Counted from the stretch's first letter, positions 1 to 9,912 are shown. The stretch: DNA of 64,000 nucleotides from a virus (IMGVR_UViG_3300032282_001564:1-64000), one strand, 5' to 3'. Program-made: numbers and translations. Notes: generated by a model not told the origin, from the letters alone.

Positions 1-38
1 AGAAGTTCGAGACGGATCTCGTAAGGTGTTTTGCTCAT
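1..38 (-). CDS. 5' end of small conserved phage hypothetical protein (MSKTPYEIRLEL...), truncated by window edge
   Basis: ATG at 38 on minus strand preceded by AAGGAG (45-50) and a TAAATA box (100-105); frame open to position 1. Confidence 0.7.
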   Translation of the reverse strand, partial: MSKTPYEIRLEL

Positions 39-116
39 ATTTTTCTCCTTTAATGTGTGTATGTGTGTTAAACACGAGCTGTAGCTGTTGCTACAAAAAT
101 ATTTATCTTATGTATC

Positions 117-1364
117 TCACCGCCAACAAAAAAGGCTCCGAAGAGCCTTTTTGTTCCTTCCCATCCCTGGGTTGGTATTCCGATATTTCTGGAATGATAG
201 GTTAGATACAGCGATCTCACCAACGTAGTCGCCAGCGTTACCTAGAGACGATGCTGTGTTTGTTAACTCAACATAGCCGTAACGTGTCATAAACGAAACT
301 ACTGGTTCGAATGTGCTTGGATCTAGAACAACGCCAGAGCTCATCAATGGAATGTATGGGCAATAGAACGCGGCTGCATCAGCCTCGCTAGAACCTTTGT
401 ATCCAACTAGAACAGCTTGGCTGTCGTTTGCATAACCGTCAACATAAATCTTCATAGCACCGTTCAATGTACCAACAAACTTAGTGTTTGTAGGAGCTTC
501 GAATGTACCTTCTGTTGTACGAGCAAATGCAGAAGTTGTAGCACTTTGTAGTACTGTTAAAGAAGCTGGAGAAACAACAGCCCAGTTACCAGCACCGCGA
601 CGTGTACGTTGAGCGATCAAGTTAGCTGTACGGTTGATTAGAACTGCCAATGCGGCGTGTTCGTCACCAACGAATGTAGCTGTACCTGAAACTGCTGACT
701 GGTCATATGTGTAGTCAGTAGCGGCCAATGCACGTAGAGAACCTAGGATCTCTTGGTCAATTTCAACTGTAATTTCTTGAGCTAAAGCAGCCATGATTTC
801 TGCTTCAACATCCAAACCGTGCATAGACTGTGCGTCTTGAGCGGCTTCGAATGTCCAGCGAGCACTTAGCTTACGTGTTTTAGCTTCAACAACTTGTTTC
901 AAGATTTGAACGTTGATACGGTTACCTGCAACGCCTTCTAATGTGGCTGTGCTAGTAGCTTGACCAGTAGATGAACTACCAGAGTATGCAACGGCGATCT
1001 TAAATGGTGATAATGCCTCGTCACCTGCTGTTGTTGGAGTTGCGTAGCTAGAACCGTCAGCTGTAGTGTCAGCATAGCGAACACGTAAAGTGTGGATCTG
1101 TGCAACTGGGCCAGTCATTGGTTGTACGCCAACGATTTCGTTAGCGATAACTGTAGGCATAACACGACGGATAACTGGTAGAATTACACGGTTAAGTGTA
1201 GCTACGTTACCGGCTTGTGTTGAACCGCCAGTTGCGTTTTCTGCCAACATCTTGCGAGTGTTTTCTAGAATAACGCCCATTGTGGTTCTCTTAGAACCAT
1301 TCAAGCCTTCTAACAGGGCTTCTTTGGTCTCGCCCCAACGGCTTTCTAATAATGCTTGTGTCAT
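117..1364 (-). CDS. gp23: Major capsid protein, T4 gp23-like
   Basis: Motifs VGVQPMTGP, TRKLSARWTFEAAQD, GLDVEAEI..ALAQEI..EID, FYCPYIPL, TRYG; SD AAAGGAAAGAGG; follows scaffold and protease genes. Confidence 0.95.
   Translation of the reverse strand: MTQALLESRWGETKEALLEGLNGSKRTTMGVILENTRKMLAENATGGSTQAGNVATLNRVILPVIRRVMPTVIANEIVGVQPMTGPVAQIHTLRVRYADTTADGSSYATPTTAGDEALSPFKIAVAYSGSSSTGQATSTATLEGVAGNRINVQILKQVVEAKTRKLSARWTFEAAQDAQSMHGLDVEAEIMAALAQEITVEIDQEILGSLRALAATDYTYDQSAVSGTATFVGDEHAALAVLINRTANLIAQRTRRGAGNWAVVSPASLTVLQSATTSAFARTTEGTFEAPTNTKFVGTLNGAMKIYVDGYANDSQAVLVGYKGSSEADAAAFYCPYIPLMSSGVVLDPSTFEPVVSFMTRYGYVELTNTASSLGNAGDYVGEIAVSNLSFQKYRNTNPGMGRNKKALRSLFCWR
125..155 (-). terminator. Rho-independent terminator after major capsid gene (possibly bidirectional)
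   Basis: Minus strand AACAAAAAGGCTC-TTCG-GAGCCTTTTTTGTT: C(UUCG)G tetraloop stem with U-tract. Confidence 0.85.
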
Positions 1365-1389
1365 AATATTTCCTCTTTCCTTTTAGGGT

Positions 1390-2502
1390 TTAATTAAGCC
1401 CTGCTAAACGTTTAATCTCAAATACATTGTTCAAAGACTCTGTATTTGTGGTTTCAACGGCAGTTTTAGCAGTTTTATCACCAGTTACTTCTACACGCGA
1501 CTCTGTTAAAGCTACTTTTGGAGTAGACTTAGCAACAGGAGTGTTGTTTAGAACTGCTGGTAGATACTTTTCGTATGCGTTCTGAAGACGATCAGTTTGC
1601 ACACCTTCGAGTAAATCACGCATGATTGCTGATTTCTCTTTATTTAAAGGCTTCAACATTTCTGCAAGTTTTTCCTTGCGTTCTGCTGATTCCTTAATAA
1701 TACGAATTTCTGTTTCCTTTGATTCAACTAAAGCCTTTTTGTCTTCAATTGCCTTCACTGCTTCGGACAACTTCTGAGTTACTAGATCAACTTGACCTTG
1801 TAATTCGCGGATCTGTTTGTTCTCATTTAAATGAGTAACTGCAAATTCGCTTGCAAATGCTTCGTACAGACGACGACCAAACATGTTCTCGCGAGCAACT
1901 TGGATGTCTTCTTTTAGTTGAGTCAATTCTGACTCTAACGAACTGGTTACGGCCTCTTTAACAGCGGTAGCAGACTGTTCAATGAATTTCTTCTGGATTT
2001 CAGCTAGTTTAGCTTTACCTTCAGCAACTAAACGAACCTTAGTTTCCACTACGGCTTGTTTGTCTGCTTCAAATTCTTTGATTTCTTCTGCTAGAGCACG
2101 GATTGTAAACTGTTCAAGTTTGCTAATAGCATTCTCGTAAGTCTTACGATCTGCACGTAGTTCTTTGATTTCTTCTGTTAGCTTGCTAACCATAAAATCG
2201 TTAAACTTACCTGCACTTTCAACCATGTGTGTTTTAAACTTAACACGGTCTTCCGCTAATTGTTGTTTTTCGTCTGCGAACTCTTGTAGTTCAGCAGTGA
2301 GAGACTCAGTTACCATTTTGTCTAGAGCTTCAACCATAACTTGTTTGTCATGTTGGTAACGTTGTGCGAATTCCTCACGTAGTTCAGCACGTACTTGCTC
2401 TTTTGCTTCAGTGATTCTGGTTTCCCAGGCTTCAGCGATAGCAGTACGAGTTTCCTCGTTAATAATTCCGTTATCCAACAATGGTTTGATAGCATCTAAC
2501 AT
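1390..2502 (-). CDS. Prohead core scaffold protein, gp22-like
   Basis: Coiled-coil Glu/Lys-rich protein between protease and capsid genes, ends RLAGL; SD AGGAG. Confidence 0.8.
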   Translation of the reverse strand: MLDAIKPLLDNGIINEETRTAIAEAWETRITEAKEQVRAELREEFAQRYQHDKQVMVEALDKMVTESLTAELQEFADEKQQLAEDRVKFKTHMVESAGKFNDFMVSKLTEEIKELRADRKTYENAISKLEQFTIRALAEEIKEFEADKQAVVETKVRLVAEGKAKLAEIQKKFIEQSATAVKEAVTSSLESELTQLKEDIQVARENMFGRRLYEAFASEFAVTHLNENKQIRELQGQVDLVTQKLSEAVKAIEDKKALVESKETEIRIIKESAERKEKLAEMLKPLNKEKSAIMRDLLEGVQTDRLQNAYEKYLPAVLNNTPVAKSTPKVALTESRVEVTGDKTAKTAVETTNTESLNNVFEIKRLAGLN

Positions 2503-2514
2503 TGGATATTTCTC

Positions 2515-3147
2515 CTATAGTTTTAATTCTTTGATAAAGCCTTTAACAGCTTCTCTCAGGTACTTCTGTACTTTTTGATCTTGGCTGGCTTCACGTGCCA
2601 TTTCAAATACCTGCTGTCCACCACGCATATTCATCAAGCCTTCATAAATGGCTTTAGGGTATGCATGAGGGGCACTAGGTTGTGCCACAATGTCAACGGT
2701 AATGATTTCAAAATCACTAACGTGTCCACTACTTTCGTTTACCTGACCTGATCCACGTGAGCTAACACCTAGTTTAACGCCGGATGTAACCATTGCTTCA
2801 ACTAGCTGACCCATTGGGGTAGGCAATACTTTTAGTTTTCCAAAACCTGCAGGGCCGTCCATCCACATTTTGTCAATCATGTGGCTTACACGGTCTAGGT
2901 TAATTTTTAAGTCATCTGGATGGTCCACTTCACCTAGGACTGAATAGCCTTCGGAGATCTGTTGATTAACAGTATTAACAGCTTTTTCAATTTCGTGAAC
3001 GGGATAAACACGTTCGTTAGCGTTTTTAACGCCTCCTTCGATGAATATCCCTTTCATATAGAGACTCTTTTTACCATTCTCGTCGGCCGATTCAATTACG
3101 ATACCGGCCCGATCAAATGTGAGACTCTCTCTTAGGTACAAAGCCAT
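2515..3147 (-). CDS. gp21: Prohead protease, T4 gp21-like
   Basis: KGIF..G..KNAN.RVYP, GEVDHP, VSH, GVSSRGSG, DIVAQPSAP motifs. Confidence 0.93.
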   Translation of the reverse strand: MALYLRESLTFDRAGIVIESADENGKKSLYMKGIFIEGGVKNANERVYPVHEIEKAVNTVNQQISEGYSVLGEVDHPDDLKINLDRVSHMIDKMWMDGPAGFGKLKVLPTPMGQLVEAMVTSGVKLGVSSRGSGQVNESSGHVSDFEIITVDIVAQPSAPHAYPKAIYEGLMNMRGGQQVFEMAREASQDQKVQKYLREAVKGFIKELKL

Positions 3148-3160
3148 TTGTGGTTCCTAA

Positions 3161-4177
3161 TTACTTCTTGCCAGTGTTTTGCACTTGCACAGATTTCTTA
3201 GCTACTGGAACTGAACCATCGGTAGTTTTACCTTCAGCGCCTTTAGCATCTTTTGTATACTCGTGGCCTGTAGACTCTGGGCTACCAGCTTTACCACCTG
3301 GAACGTTACGGTTACCAGACTTGATATCTTGTGGCTTTGGTGAGCTTGGAGCACTTGTACCGTCTTGGTTCTGTTCACCGCCGTGTGCCATATTAGCATC
3401 ACCGCCGAAATCGTTACCAGGACCTACTGAGCCAGGTTTTGTGTTAACACTAGTTTTCTTACCAGCGGCGCCAACAGCGTCACCTTCAGAAGCACCAGTT
3501 AAATTCATGTCTTGAATCTTGTCAACATATTCACGCATTAATTCTGTTGTAGACTTTTTGCTTTCAAATGGCTTGCCGCTTGCACCAGACTTGGCACTAC
3601 CGCTTTTGCCAGAGGCTGCGGAACCAGACTTGCCAGAACCTTTCTTAGCAAATGGGTTACCAGAACCTTCTTTAGCTTCAGCAAATTCTTCTGGTTGATC
3701 CATTGCAGGCTCTTCAGCGCCGGCCATTGGGTCTGCTTCAACGCCGTCATCAGCACCGCCAGTCATGTCGTCACCGCCCATGATTTCGTCAAACTTAGCT
3801 AATAGCTCGTCTAACTTAGCATCAATATTCATTACTTGGTCTTCAATTTCTTGGTGCTCACCAGCTTCAGCGCCAGCGTCAGCAGGGAAATCACCGCTTA
3901 CTTCGCCGTCGTCTTCGCCATCAGCATCAAGACTAAATTCTTCTTCGCCTTCTTCGTCGTCTTCACCAACAGCTTCTTCGCCGCTGATTTCGTCAACCAT
4001 ATTTTCTACTTGGTTTCCAGCTACAGGACCGCCCAAGTTTTCTTCAACTTGTTCTTCGTCCATAATGGATTCATAGATGTCGCGAGATTTTTCTACTACG
4101 ATATCGTGAAATAATTCACGTGCTTTTTGATCTTCATCATTAATGATGTATTCAATTAATTTTTCAAACTTGTTCAT
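3161..4177 (-). CDS. Acidic low-complexity head protein (prohead core, gp67/68-like position)
   Basis: Very Asp/Glu-rich, SGKSGSA repeats, located between portal and protease; SD AAGGAG. Confidence 0.6.
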   Translation of the reverse strand: MNKFEKLIEYIINDEDQKARELFHDIVVEKSRDIYESIMDEEQVEENLGGPVAGNQVENMVDEISGEEAVGEDDEEGEEEFSLDADGEDDGEVSGDFPADAGAEAGEHQEIEDQVMNIDAKLDELLAKFDEIMGGDDMTGGADDGVEADPMAGAEEPAMDQPEEFAEAKEGSGNPFAKKGSGKSGSAASGKSGSAKSGASGKPFESKKSTTELMREYVDKIQDMNLTGASEGDAVGAAGKKTSVNTKPGSVGPGNDFGGDANMAHGGEQNQDGTSAPSSPKPQDIKSGNRNVPGGKAGSPESTGHEYTKDAKGAEGKTTDGSVPVAKKSVQVQNTGKK

Positions 4178-4273
4178 AAGAACTCCTTAATAAGTGGCTT
4201 TGTAAAGTTATTTAACAAAACTGCGTATATTAAGGGTTAAATGGGTAGTTTTTGAAGGTTTTTGATGAAATAA

Positions 4274-4507
4274 TTATACAGGACCAGGTAATGCACCAGG
4301 CTCTGCGGGAGGAGTGTACTGTTTAGCTACAGCTTCTAACTTCTTTTCATGCTCTAACTTACGCACATCGTGGCTTTGTCTTAGCTGATTTAGGTGTGCT
4401 AGTGTTAGTCTAGTAGAACGACTATTAGACATTTTAGCCACACTTTGATCGTCTTTTTCATCGTGATAGCCCTTGGGTGCTGGGTCAAATAGTTCAAAAA
4501 TGTTCAT
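4274..4507 (-). CDS. Small hypothetical head-module protein
   Basis: 77-aa ORF co-oriented in head module, TAAATA box 5 nt upstream of ATG. Confidence 0.7.
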   Translation of the reverse strand: MNIFELFDPAPKGYHDEKDDQSVAKMSNSRSTRLTLAHLNQLRQSHDVRKLEHEKKLEAVAKQYTPPAEPGALPGPV

Positions 4508-4528
4508 ACTACTATTTAACCTTTTTAC

Positions 4529-6232
4529 TTAAAGTCCGGGCACTGGAGCACCGGCAGCTCCGCCTGGACCACCTGCGGCACCAGCCATATCAGGACCTGC
4601 TGGGGCACCTGTATCTGCACCTGCTTCAGGGCCTAAGTCTGTTAGCTCGTTATCAATACGCCCTGGGGTAATATTAACACCGCCTAAGCTAGGTGCATCA
4701 GGTTGTGCTAATTCTGTATCGCCACGCTCTTCGGCCCAAGCTGTTTCGTTTTCACTCAACTCTTGCTCAGTCATACCTAAGTAACGTTTCATTAACCAAC
4801 GCTTACTAAAGTAAGGGAAAGCTTCTAGCTGTGTAAATGTAGCAATACGAGCAGAGTCAATGTCTGCTTGACGGTATTGTGCAAAGTTTTGTGGCTCATT
4901 AAATGCTAGATCAAATAAAGATCCATCAATGTTAAAGCCTCTCCAACGCATAAACAACTTAAACTCTGCATCCAATTTGTCTGCAATCATAGCTTGTAAG
5001 CGTTGGCAATATTGGTTAAAGCGCCATTCTTGGATAAGTGCTGTGCCTACACGACCGTCTGTGTATGCTTGGCTTCCGTCCTCAGCTGTAGTAGGCAAGT
5101 AGCTACTAGGAATACGCAAACCACGGAATAACTTGTTAGTAAAGAAGCGTAAGTCTGTAATTTCACCTAGGTTTTGACCACCTGGGAATACGTCTACACT
5201 AGAACCACGTCCATCTGCTGTAACAGGGAAGAAGTAGTCTTCGTTTTGGCTTAATGGATTATAAGTAGCATCCATCATGTTAGCACCGCCACTGCCTGTT
5301 TGTGTAGGAATACGACGTTGATGGATTTCGTTTTTAATACGCTCAACAAATGCCATAGCCATGTGACTTGGCATGTTGCCTACGTCGATCTTAAACACAC
5401 GACGCTCAGGAGCACGTTGTACACGATAGATAATGATACTATCTTCAAGCAATTCTTTTTGCTTGAATACTTTAAAAATGTTTTCTAATACTGAATTACC
5501 AAATGGCCAATATACATCCAAGCCTTCAGTTAATGATACGTGCATTACATGTTCAGCATTAATAACTGCTTCATTCTTACTGTGACTAAAACGACTGCCA
5601 CCACCAAATGGGCTTTGTGGTTGTGTATAACTACCACTTGGGCCACCAACTTGTGGGTGGTTCATGTAAGTGTCTGATGTTGCTACTGCTGTAACTGTTA
5701 GGTTTTCAAAGTTTGGATTTAAATCTTTAATCAAATACTGCTCGGGCTTTTTGCCTTCGCCTTCGTTGACAATAACTTTAGTAACCTTAGACATTTCTGT
5801 CCAAAACAATTTAAAGTTTTCTGGGTCGCGGATAAACACTTGATCGCCGTACTTGAATACATTACGTACAATCTTAAAGATACGTCTGTTAAATTCATTT
5901 AGTGCAACCCACTGCTGTAGTTGCTCTTTGATAATCTTAACTTCGTTGTCTGATGGTTGTTCTTTAAACTTAATAGTGAACGCTGTGTGGTTTTCTAAGT
6001 TCTTTTGTGTACAGAACTCAGCAAGAATGTCCAATGCGGCATTGACTTCTGAGTCCATATCCATTTGCTCATATTGGTTGTAACGCTCAATACGGTTTGG
6101 CTGTCCTGTGTAAACTTCAGGTAGCTGACTTTGATAATTGCGATATCCAGCATCTGGTAACCGGCCACTACCCAAAGGGCTTACGTTGCTTGGTAAATTA
6201 CTAGTTTTAAAATATTTTTTCCAACCGGCCAT
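4529..6232 (-). CDS. gp20: Portal protein, T4 gp20-like
   Basis: LLEDSIIIYRVQRAPERRVFKIDVGNMP, EDYFFP, LRIPSSYL motifs. Confidence 0.95.
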   Translation of the reverse strand: MAGWKKYFKTSNLPSNVSPLGSGRLPDAGYRNYQSQLPEVYTGQPNRIERYNQYEQMDMDSEVNAALDILAEFCTQKNLENHTAFTIKFKEQPSDNEVKIIKEQLQQWVALNEFNRRIFKIVRNVFKYGDQVFIRDPENFKLFWTEMSKVTKVIVNEGEGKKPEQYLIKDLNPNFENLTVTAVATSDTYMNHPQVGGPSGSYTQPQSPFGGGSRFSHSKNEAVINAEHVMHVSLTEGLDVYWPFGNSVLENIFKVFKQKELLEDSIIIYRVQRAPERRVFKIDVGNMPSHMAMAFVERIKNEIHQRRIPTQTGSGGANMMDATYNPLSQNEDYFFPVTADGRGSSVDVFPGGQNLGEITDLRFFTNKLFRGLRIPSSYLPTTAEDGSQAYTDGRVGTALIQEWRFNQYCQRLQAMIADKLDAEFKLFMRWRGFNIDGSLFDLAFNEPQNFAQYRQADIDSARIATFTQLEAFPYFSKRWLMKRYLGMTEQELSENETAWAEERGDTELAQPDAPSLGGVNITPGRIDNELTDLGPEAGADTGAPAGPDMAGAAGGPGGAAGAPVPGL

Positions 6233-6266
6233 ATATGTTCTCTGTTATGCTATATTTACCGACATA

Positions 6267-8777
6267 TTAGGTCTGTGCTAATATATGTTCCGAAACTTCT
6301 TTGTGCTCGTCGACTTTTCTAGCAATTAAGTCTAGTTTTTGCACCATTTCGCTAAAGATCTTGCTAGTTGCAGATGTTGATGTTGTTACTCCAGCACCTG
6401 AAACAATTTCTGGACCATCTTCACCAACGATGGTTGTATCGTCTGAACCCATTTTACCACCTAATCGTTTAGTTTGTATATGGATATGATCTCCGGTTGA
6501 TACTTTACCATTGGCATTCTTTTGACCTGCTTTTTCAAACTGTGCAAACTCAAGTCCGTATTTGTCTCTTATTTCCTGAGCTAGTTTATCACTCATGTTT
6601 GACAATACAATATCAGCCGCTTTACCCAACGGGTGTTTAGATTTATCACCAGCGTGAAATTTATCATTCAATGAAGTAATTTGAATTCCAGGATATTCAT
6701 CAATAATTTTTTCAAGTATCAATGAAAAGTTTTCATTGATGTCACCGTTGTCGCTTGCATTTCCTTTTAGTTTTGATCTAATTTTTTCTGATAAAAACTG
6801 CCTCATATCAATTGGAGTATTTTTTGTAACAGTTCCATTTAATATTGACTCTATAAATTCTTTACCTCCCCAGCGGCCGTAATTAGCGTAACGAGCCTTA
6901 CCCTCTTCTTGAGCGACTTCGGCGTATCTTCTAGCTTCAGCTTTTTTTGCTGGATCAGCAGACAATGCATTCATTCTAGCGTTTATTGCTTGTCCTTGAT
7001 TTATACCTGTACCAATTACAGCACCGGGGTTAGAATTTTTACCTGGTGTAACATTACTACTGACGTCATCTTTATTATTTCTACCCGGAGTCATGCCTGC
7101 TTTATCTAGTAGCTCTGCGACCCATTGACCAAATTTATCAACTGCTGTACTAAAGTCGCCAAAATTTTCAATTAACAACATGTTGATTTTATGTAGTGTA
7201 GCTGCCAAATCACCCATGTTTTTTAAATTTTGTTCAGCCCACTCATCCATTTTTTGCTCAACGCCTATTTTTGCGTCAAGAGCTTTCCGATACCCTTTGT
7301 CGCCATCTAATTCAGCTTTCTTTCTTCTATTTTCAATTGCCTTTGCATTATCTGCATAATTTTGTATAACAGAATTATTAGCAATAACATACGATTTAAT
7401 ACCAGCAATAGTGTCAACAAAATCTGCTACACCTTTATTTTGGAAACTGTCCAGTGAGGTTCTGACTGTACTTAAAGACGTTCCGGTTTCTTTTATAAGT
7501 GTTTCAAATAGTCTATCTCTTTCTGGTCCAGGTACCATTGTTTGTATTTGTAGCATACCGTCAGCTAACTTACGTAGCTCTGGAGAGTTTGCTAACAAGG
7601 CTATAGATTTTTCGTCTATCACATTTCCTGAGCCACCACGACCAAGAACTTCTGTTACTAATTTTGCTGCCTCAGGGCTAAAGAATTTTGAAATGGTAGA
7701 CATTTTGCGTTCTTGGTCTTCTGCCATTTTTGCAAACATCTCTGCGCCAGCCTGTGGGCCGTATTTTTTTATCAATGCGGCCTGCAGATCTTGCATTTTT
7801 TGTTGATATAAAAGATTGTTTTGTCGTTCACGAACTTCTTTTAGGTGTTGTTCGGCTGACATACCAGTTAGCTCTGTTAGTTCTTTTAATTTCCATAGAT
7901 AGTTGCCACTGGATGCACTCAAGGCATTTTGATTTTTTGCAAGGTCAACACCAAAGCCTGTCATTATTCTTGAATAACCAATTAAAGCCGCATTCATATC
8001 TTCTTGGGTACCGTAGGCTACCAATAATGTGGCAGAACTATTTTTAGCCACTTTACCCATTTGAGCAACTGCATTTGCACTTCCAATTATACCTAGACCC
8101 AACTCGCCTAGACCTGATGCATTTTCTGTTATAAATCTTTGCATCCTCATCATCGATAAGCCCATTGCAACAGACGCCTGTCTGGCTTGGTCAAGTGATC
8201 CACCAAAACTAGCACCTGCCTTTGATAATGCTTGATAGCTATTAAAATACTTTTGTACCTGCTCAAGTTGCATTGCTGTTACTTGTACAGTTAAATCTGT
8301 AACAGCCTGCATAGCCGCATTTGCCGCACCAAACAATGCACCAACATAAGGTATACCAGATAATGCTGAAGACAATGCACTAGATATAGCCTTCATTGCA
8401 TTACCCATTAGTTGTAATGTAGGTATTGCACTTGAATATACTTCTGCAGAATTAGCGCCTGCTGACGCCGCGGCTGTTGCACCGGCTACGAAACTTTTTA
8501 AACCGCCTACAGCTTGACTAATACCTTCAGCTAATGCTCTGTTTCTATTAGCCTGGTAGTCCGCTTGTTTTTCTTCATCGCTTAATTTTTTAGCTAATGC
8601 CTTAGATTCGGTTTCAGATAATTTTAATTTACGTTCTAAACTTTTGGCTAATTGGTCTTCGGCTAAACGTAGTGCAGTTTGTGATTTGGAACCTTTACCC
8701 CATGAGGCCGCAAGGGTTTCGGACACTTGCCCAAGTCTGATCAGTTTGTCTTGTAATTCCTGTGGAATGTCTGCCAT
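6267..8777 (-). CDS. Tape-measure-like protein with C-terminal LAS/M15-type metallopeptidase motif
   Basis: Long Ala/Leu/Gln-rich helical N-terminus; SKHPLGKAAD...HIH motif; terminal VGEDGPEIV motif common in tail proteins; adjacent to frameshifted chaperone-like pair. Confidence 0.6.
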   Translation of the reverse strand: MADIPQELQDKLIRLGQVSETLAASWGKGSKSQTALRLAEDQLAKSLERKLKLSETESKALAKKLSDEEKQADYQANRNRALAEGISQAVGGLKSFVAGATAAASAGANSAEVYSSAIPTLQLMGNAMKAISSALSSALSGIPYVGALFGAANAAMQAVTDLTVQVTAMQLEQVQKYFNSYQALSKAGASFGGSLDQARQASVAMGLSMMRMQRFITENASGLGELGLGIIGSANAVAQMGKVAKNSSATLLVAYGTQEDMNAALIGYSRIMTGFGVDLAKNQNALSASSGNYLWKLKELTELTGMSAEQHLKEVRERQNNLLYQQKMQDLQAALIKKYGPQAGAEMFAKMAEDQERKMSTISKFFSPEAAKLVTEVLGRGGSGNVIDEKSIALLANSPELRKLADGMLQIQTMVPGPERDRLFETLIKETGTSLSTVRTSLDSFQNKGVADFVDTIAGIKSYVIANNSVIQNYADNAKAIENRRKKAELDGDKGYRKALDAKIGVEQKMDEWAEQNLKNMGDLAATLHKINMLLIENFGDFSTAVDKFGQWVAELLDKAGMTPGRNNKDDVSSNVTPGKNSNPGAVIGTGINQGQAINARMNALSADPAKKAEARRYAEVAQEEGKARYANYGRWGGKEFIESILNGTVTKNTPIDMRQFLSEKIRSKLKGNASDNGDINENFSLILEKIIDEYPGIQITSLNDKFHAGDKSKHPLGKAADIVLSNMSDKLAQEIRDKYGLEFAQFEKAGQKNANGKVSTGDHIHIQTKRLGGKMGSDDTTIVGEDGPEIVSGAGVTTSTSATSKIFSEMVQKLDLIARKVDEHKEVSEHILAQT

Positions 8778-8807
8778 AATTTTAATCTACGCCGTTAATT
8801 AATAAGC

Positions 8808-8829
8808 TAAGTACTTATATCAATATTTA
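8808..8829. promoter_or_regulatory. Divergent late-promoter region
   Basis: Palindrome TAAGTACTTA (8808-8817) gives TAAGTA on both strands; TAAATA on minus at 8824-8829; lies between divergent genes. Confidence 0.5.
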
Positions 8830-8842
8830 TGGAGTTCAATAT

Positions 8843-9688
8843 ATGAGTAGTTTATCTCAAAACCCATTAGCAAAGCATTTTAGACAACCACAGATTTACT
8901 TAAAGTTACCTAGCGAAGGTAGATGGTGGGCCGAAGGTTCTTTAGATTTACCTATCACCGGTGAATTACCAGTGTACGCAATGACGGCCAAAGACGAAAT
9001 TACAATGAAGACCCCGGATGCGTTAATGAACGGAACTAGCACAGTTAATGTAGTTCAAAGTTGTTGCCCAAATATCAAAGATGCTTGGAAAATGCCAGCA
9101 ATCGATTTGGATCCTATTTTAATTGCTATAAGAATTGCTACATATGGCAACGAAATGGAATTTACTAGTATATGCCCGCATTGTACTAACAAGAACGAAT
9201 CTGCAATTGATTTAACTGTCCTGCTAGATAAAGTTAAACCTATTGACTATAGCAAAACTGTTAAAAATGAAGATTTTGAAATTATCTTAAAGCCACAAAA
9301 TTTTGAAGAGTTTAATAAAAATAATCGACTAGCATTCGAAGAGCAACGCATAATCAAATTAGTGCAATCCGAATCTTTAGATGATGATGAAAAGTTAACA
9401 AAGTTTAATGAATTGTTTCAACAATTAATTGACACAGGTATTGGACAAGTTAGCAAAAGTATTGCCGGAATTAAAATGTCAGATGGTACCGTAGTTGATA
9501 ACCCGGAATTCATTAGAGAATTTTTAGATAATTGCGAAAGAGAAATTTGGGACGGTTTGAAAGAAACTCTTGACGGAATTAGAGCACAATCTAAATTTAA
9601 CGAAATTACTATCACCTGCGACAATACTGATTGTAAAAAAGAATATATAACACCTTTTGCATTTGAACAAACAAATTTTTTCGCATAA
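8843..9688 (+). CDS. Baseplate hub / tail assembly chaperone, gp26-like
   Basis: LPS.G, MTAKDE, IAIRIATYG, two CxxC-type Cys pairs (CPHC, CDNTDC), ends NFFA. Confidence 0.7.
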   Translation: MSSLSQNPLAKHFRQPQIYLKLPSEGRWWAEGSLDLPITGELPVYAMTAKDEITMKTPDALMNGTSTVNVVQSCCPNIKDAWKMPAIDLDPILIAIRIATYGNEMEFTSICPHCTNKNESAIDLTVLLDKVKPIDYSKTVKNEDFEIILKPQNFEEFNKNNRLAFEEQRIIKLVQSESLDDDEKLTKFNELFQQLIDTGIGQVSKSIAGIKMSDGTVVDNPEFIREFLDNCEREIWDGLKETLDGIRAQSKFNEITITCDNTDCKKEYITPFAFEQTNFFA

Positions 9689-9693
9689 GGCTT

Positions 9694-9912
9694 TTGACGT
9701 TAAGTAACGAGGAAATTGTCGAGTACATTAAAGAACTCGAACAAGAAGCAAAAGCCTTAAAAGAAGAACTCCTCAATGTATGCTGGTATATGCGTGGTAG
9801 TATCTCTTACGATGATGCTATTATGTTATCATATGATGATCGTCATATAATTAGTAAAATTATCAAGCATAACCTAGAGACAACAGAAAAGTCGGGCCTA
9901 CCATTTTTCTAA
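9694..9912 (+). CDS. gp51-like small protein; probably expressed as a -1 frameshift extension of the upstream gene
   Basis: WYMRGSISYDDA..LS..DR motif; TTG start without SD; open -1 frame back through TTTTTTC at 9676-9682. Confidence 0.65.
   Translation: MTLSNEEIVEYIKELEQEAKALKEELLNVCWYMRGSISYDDAIMLSYDDRHIISKIIKHNLETTEKSGLPFF

Noticed and set aside
3590-3665. SGKSGSA repeats as a separate repeat element
   Set aside because: Short low-complexity coding repeat inside a disordered head protein.
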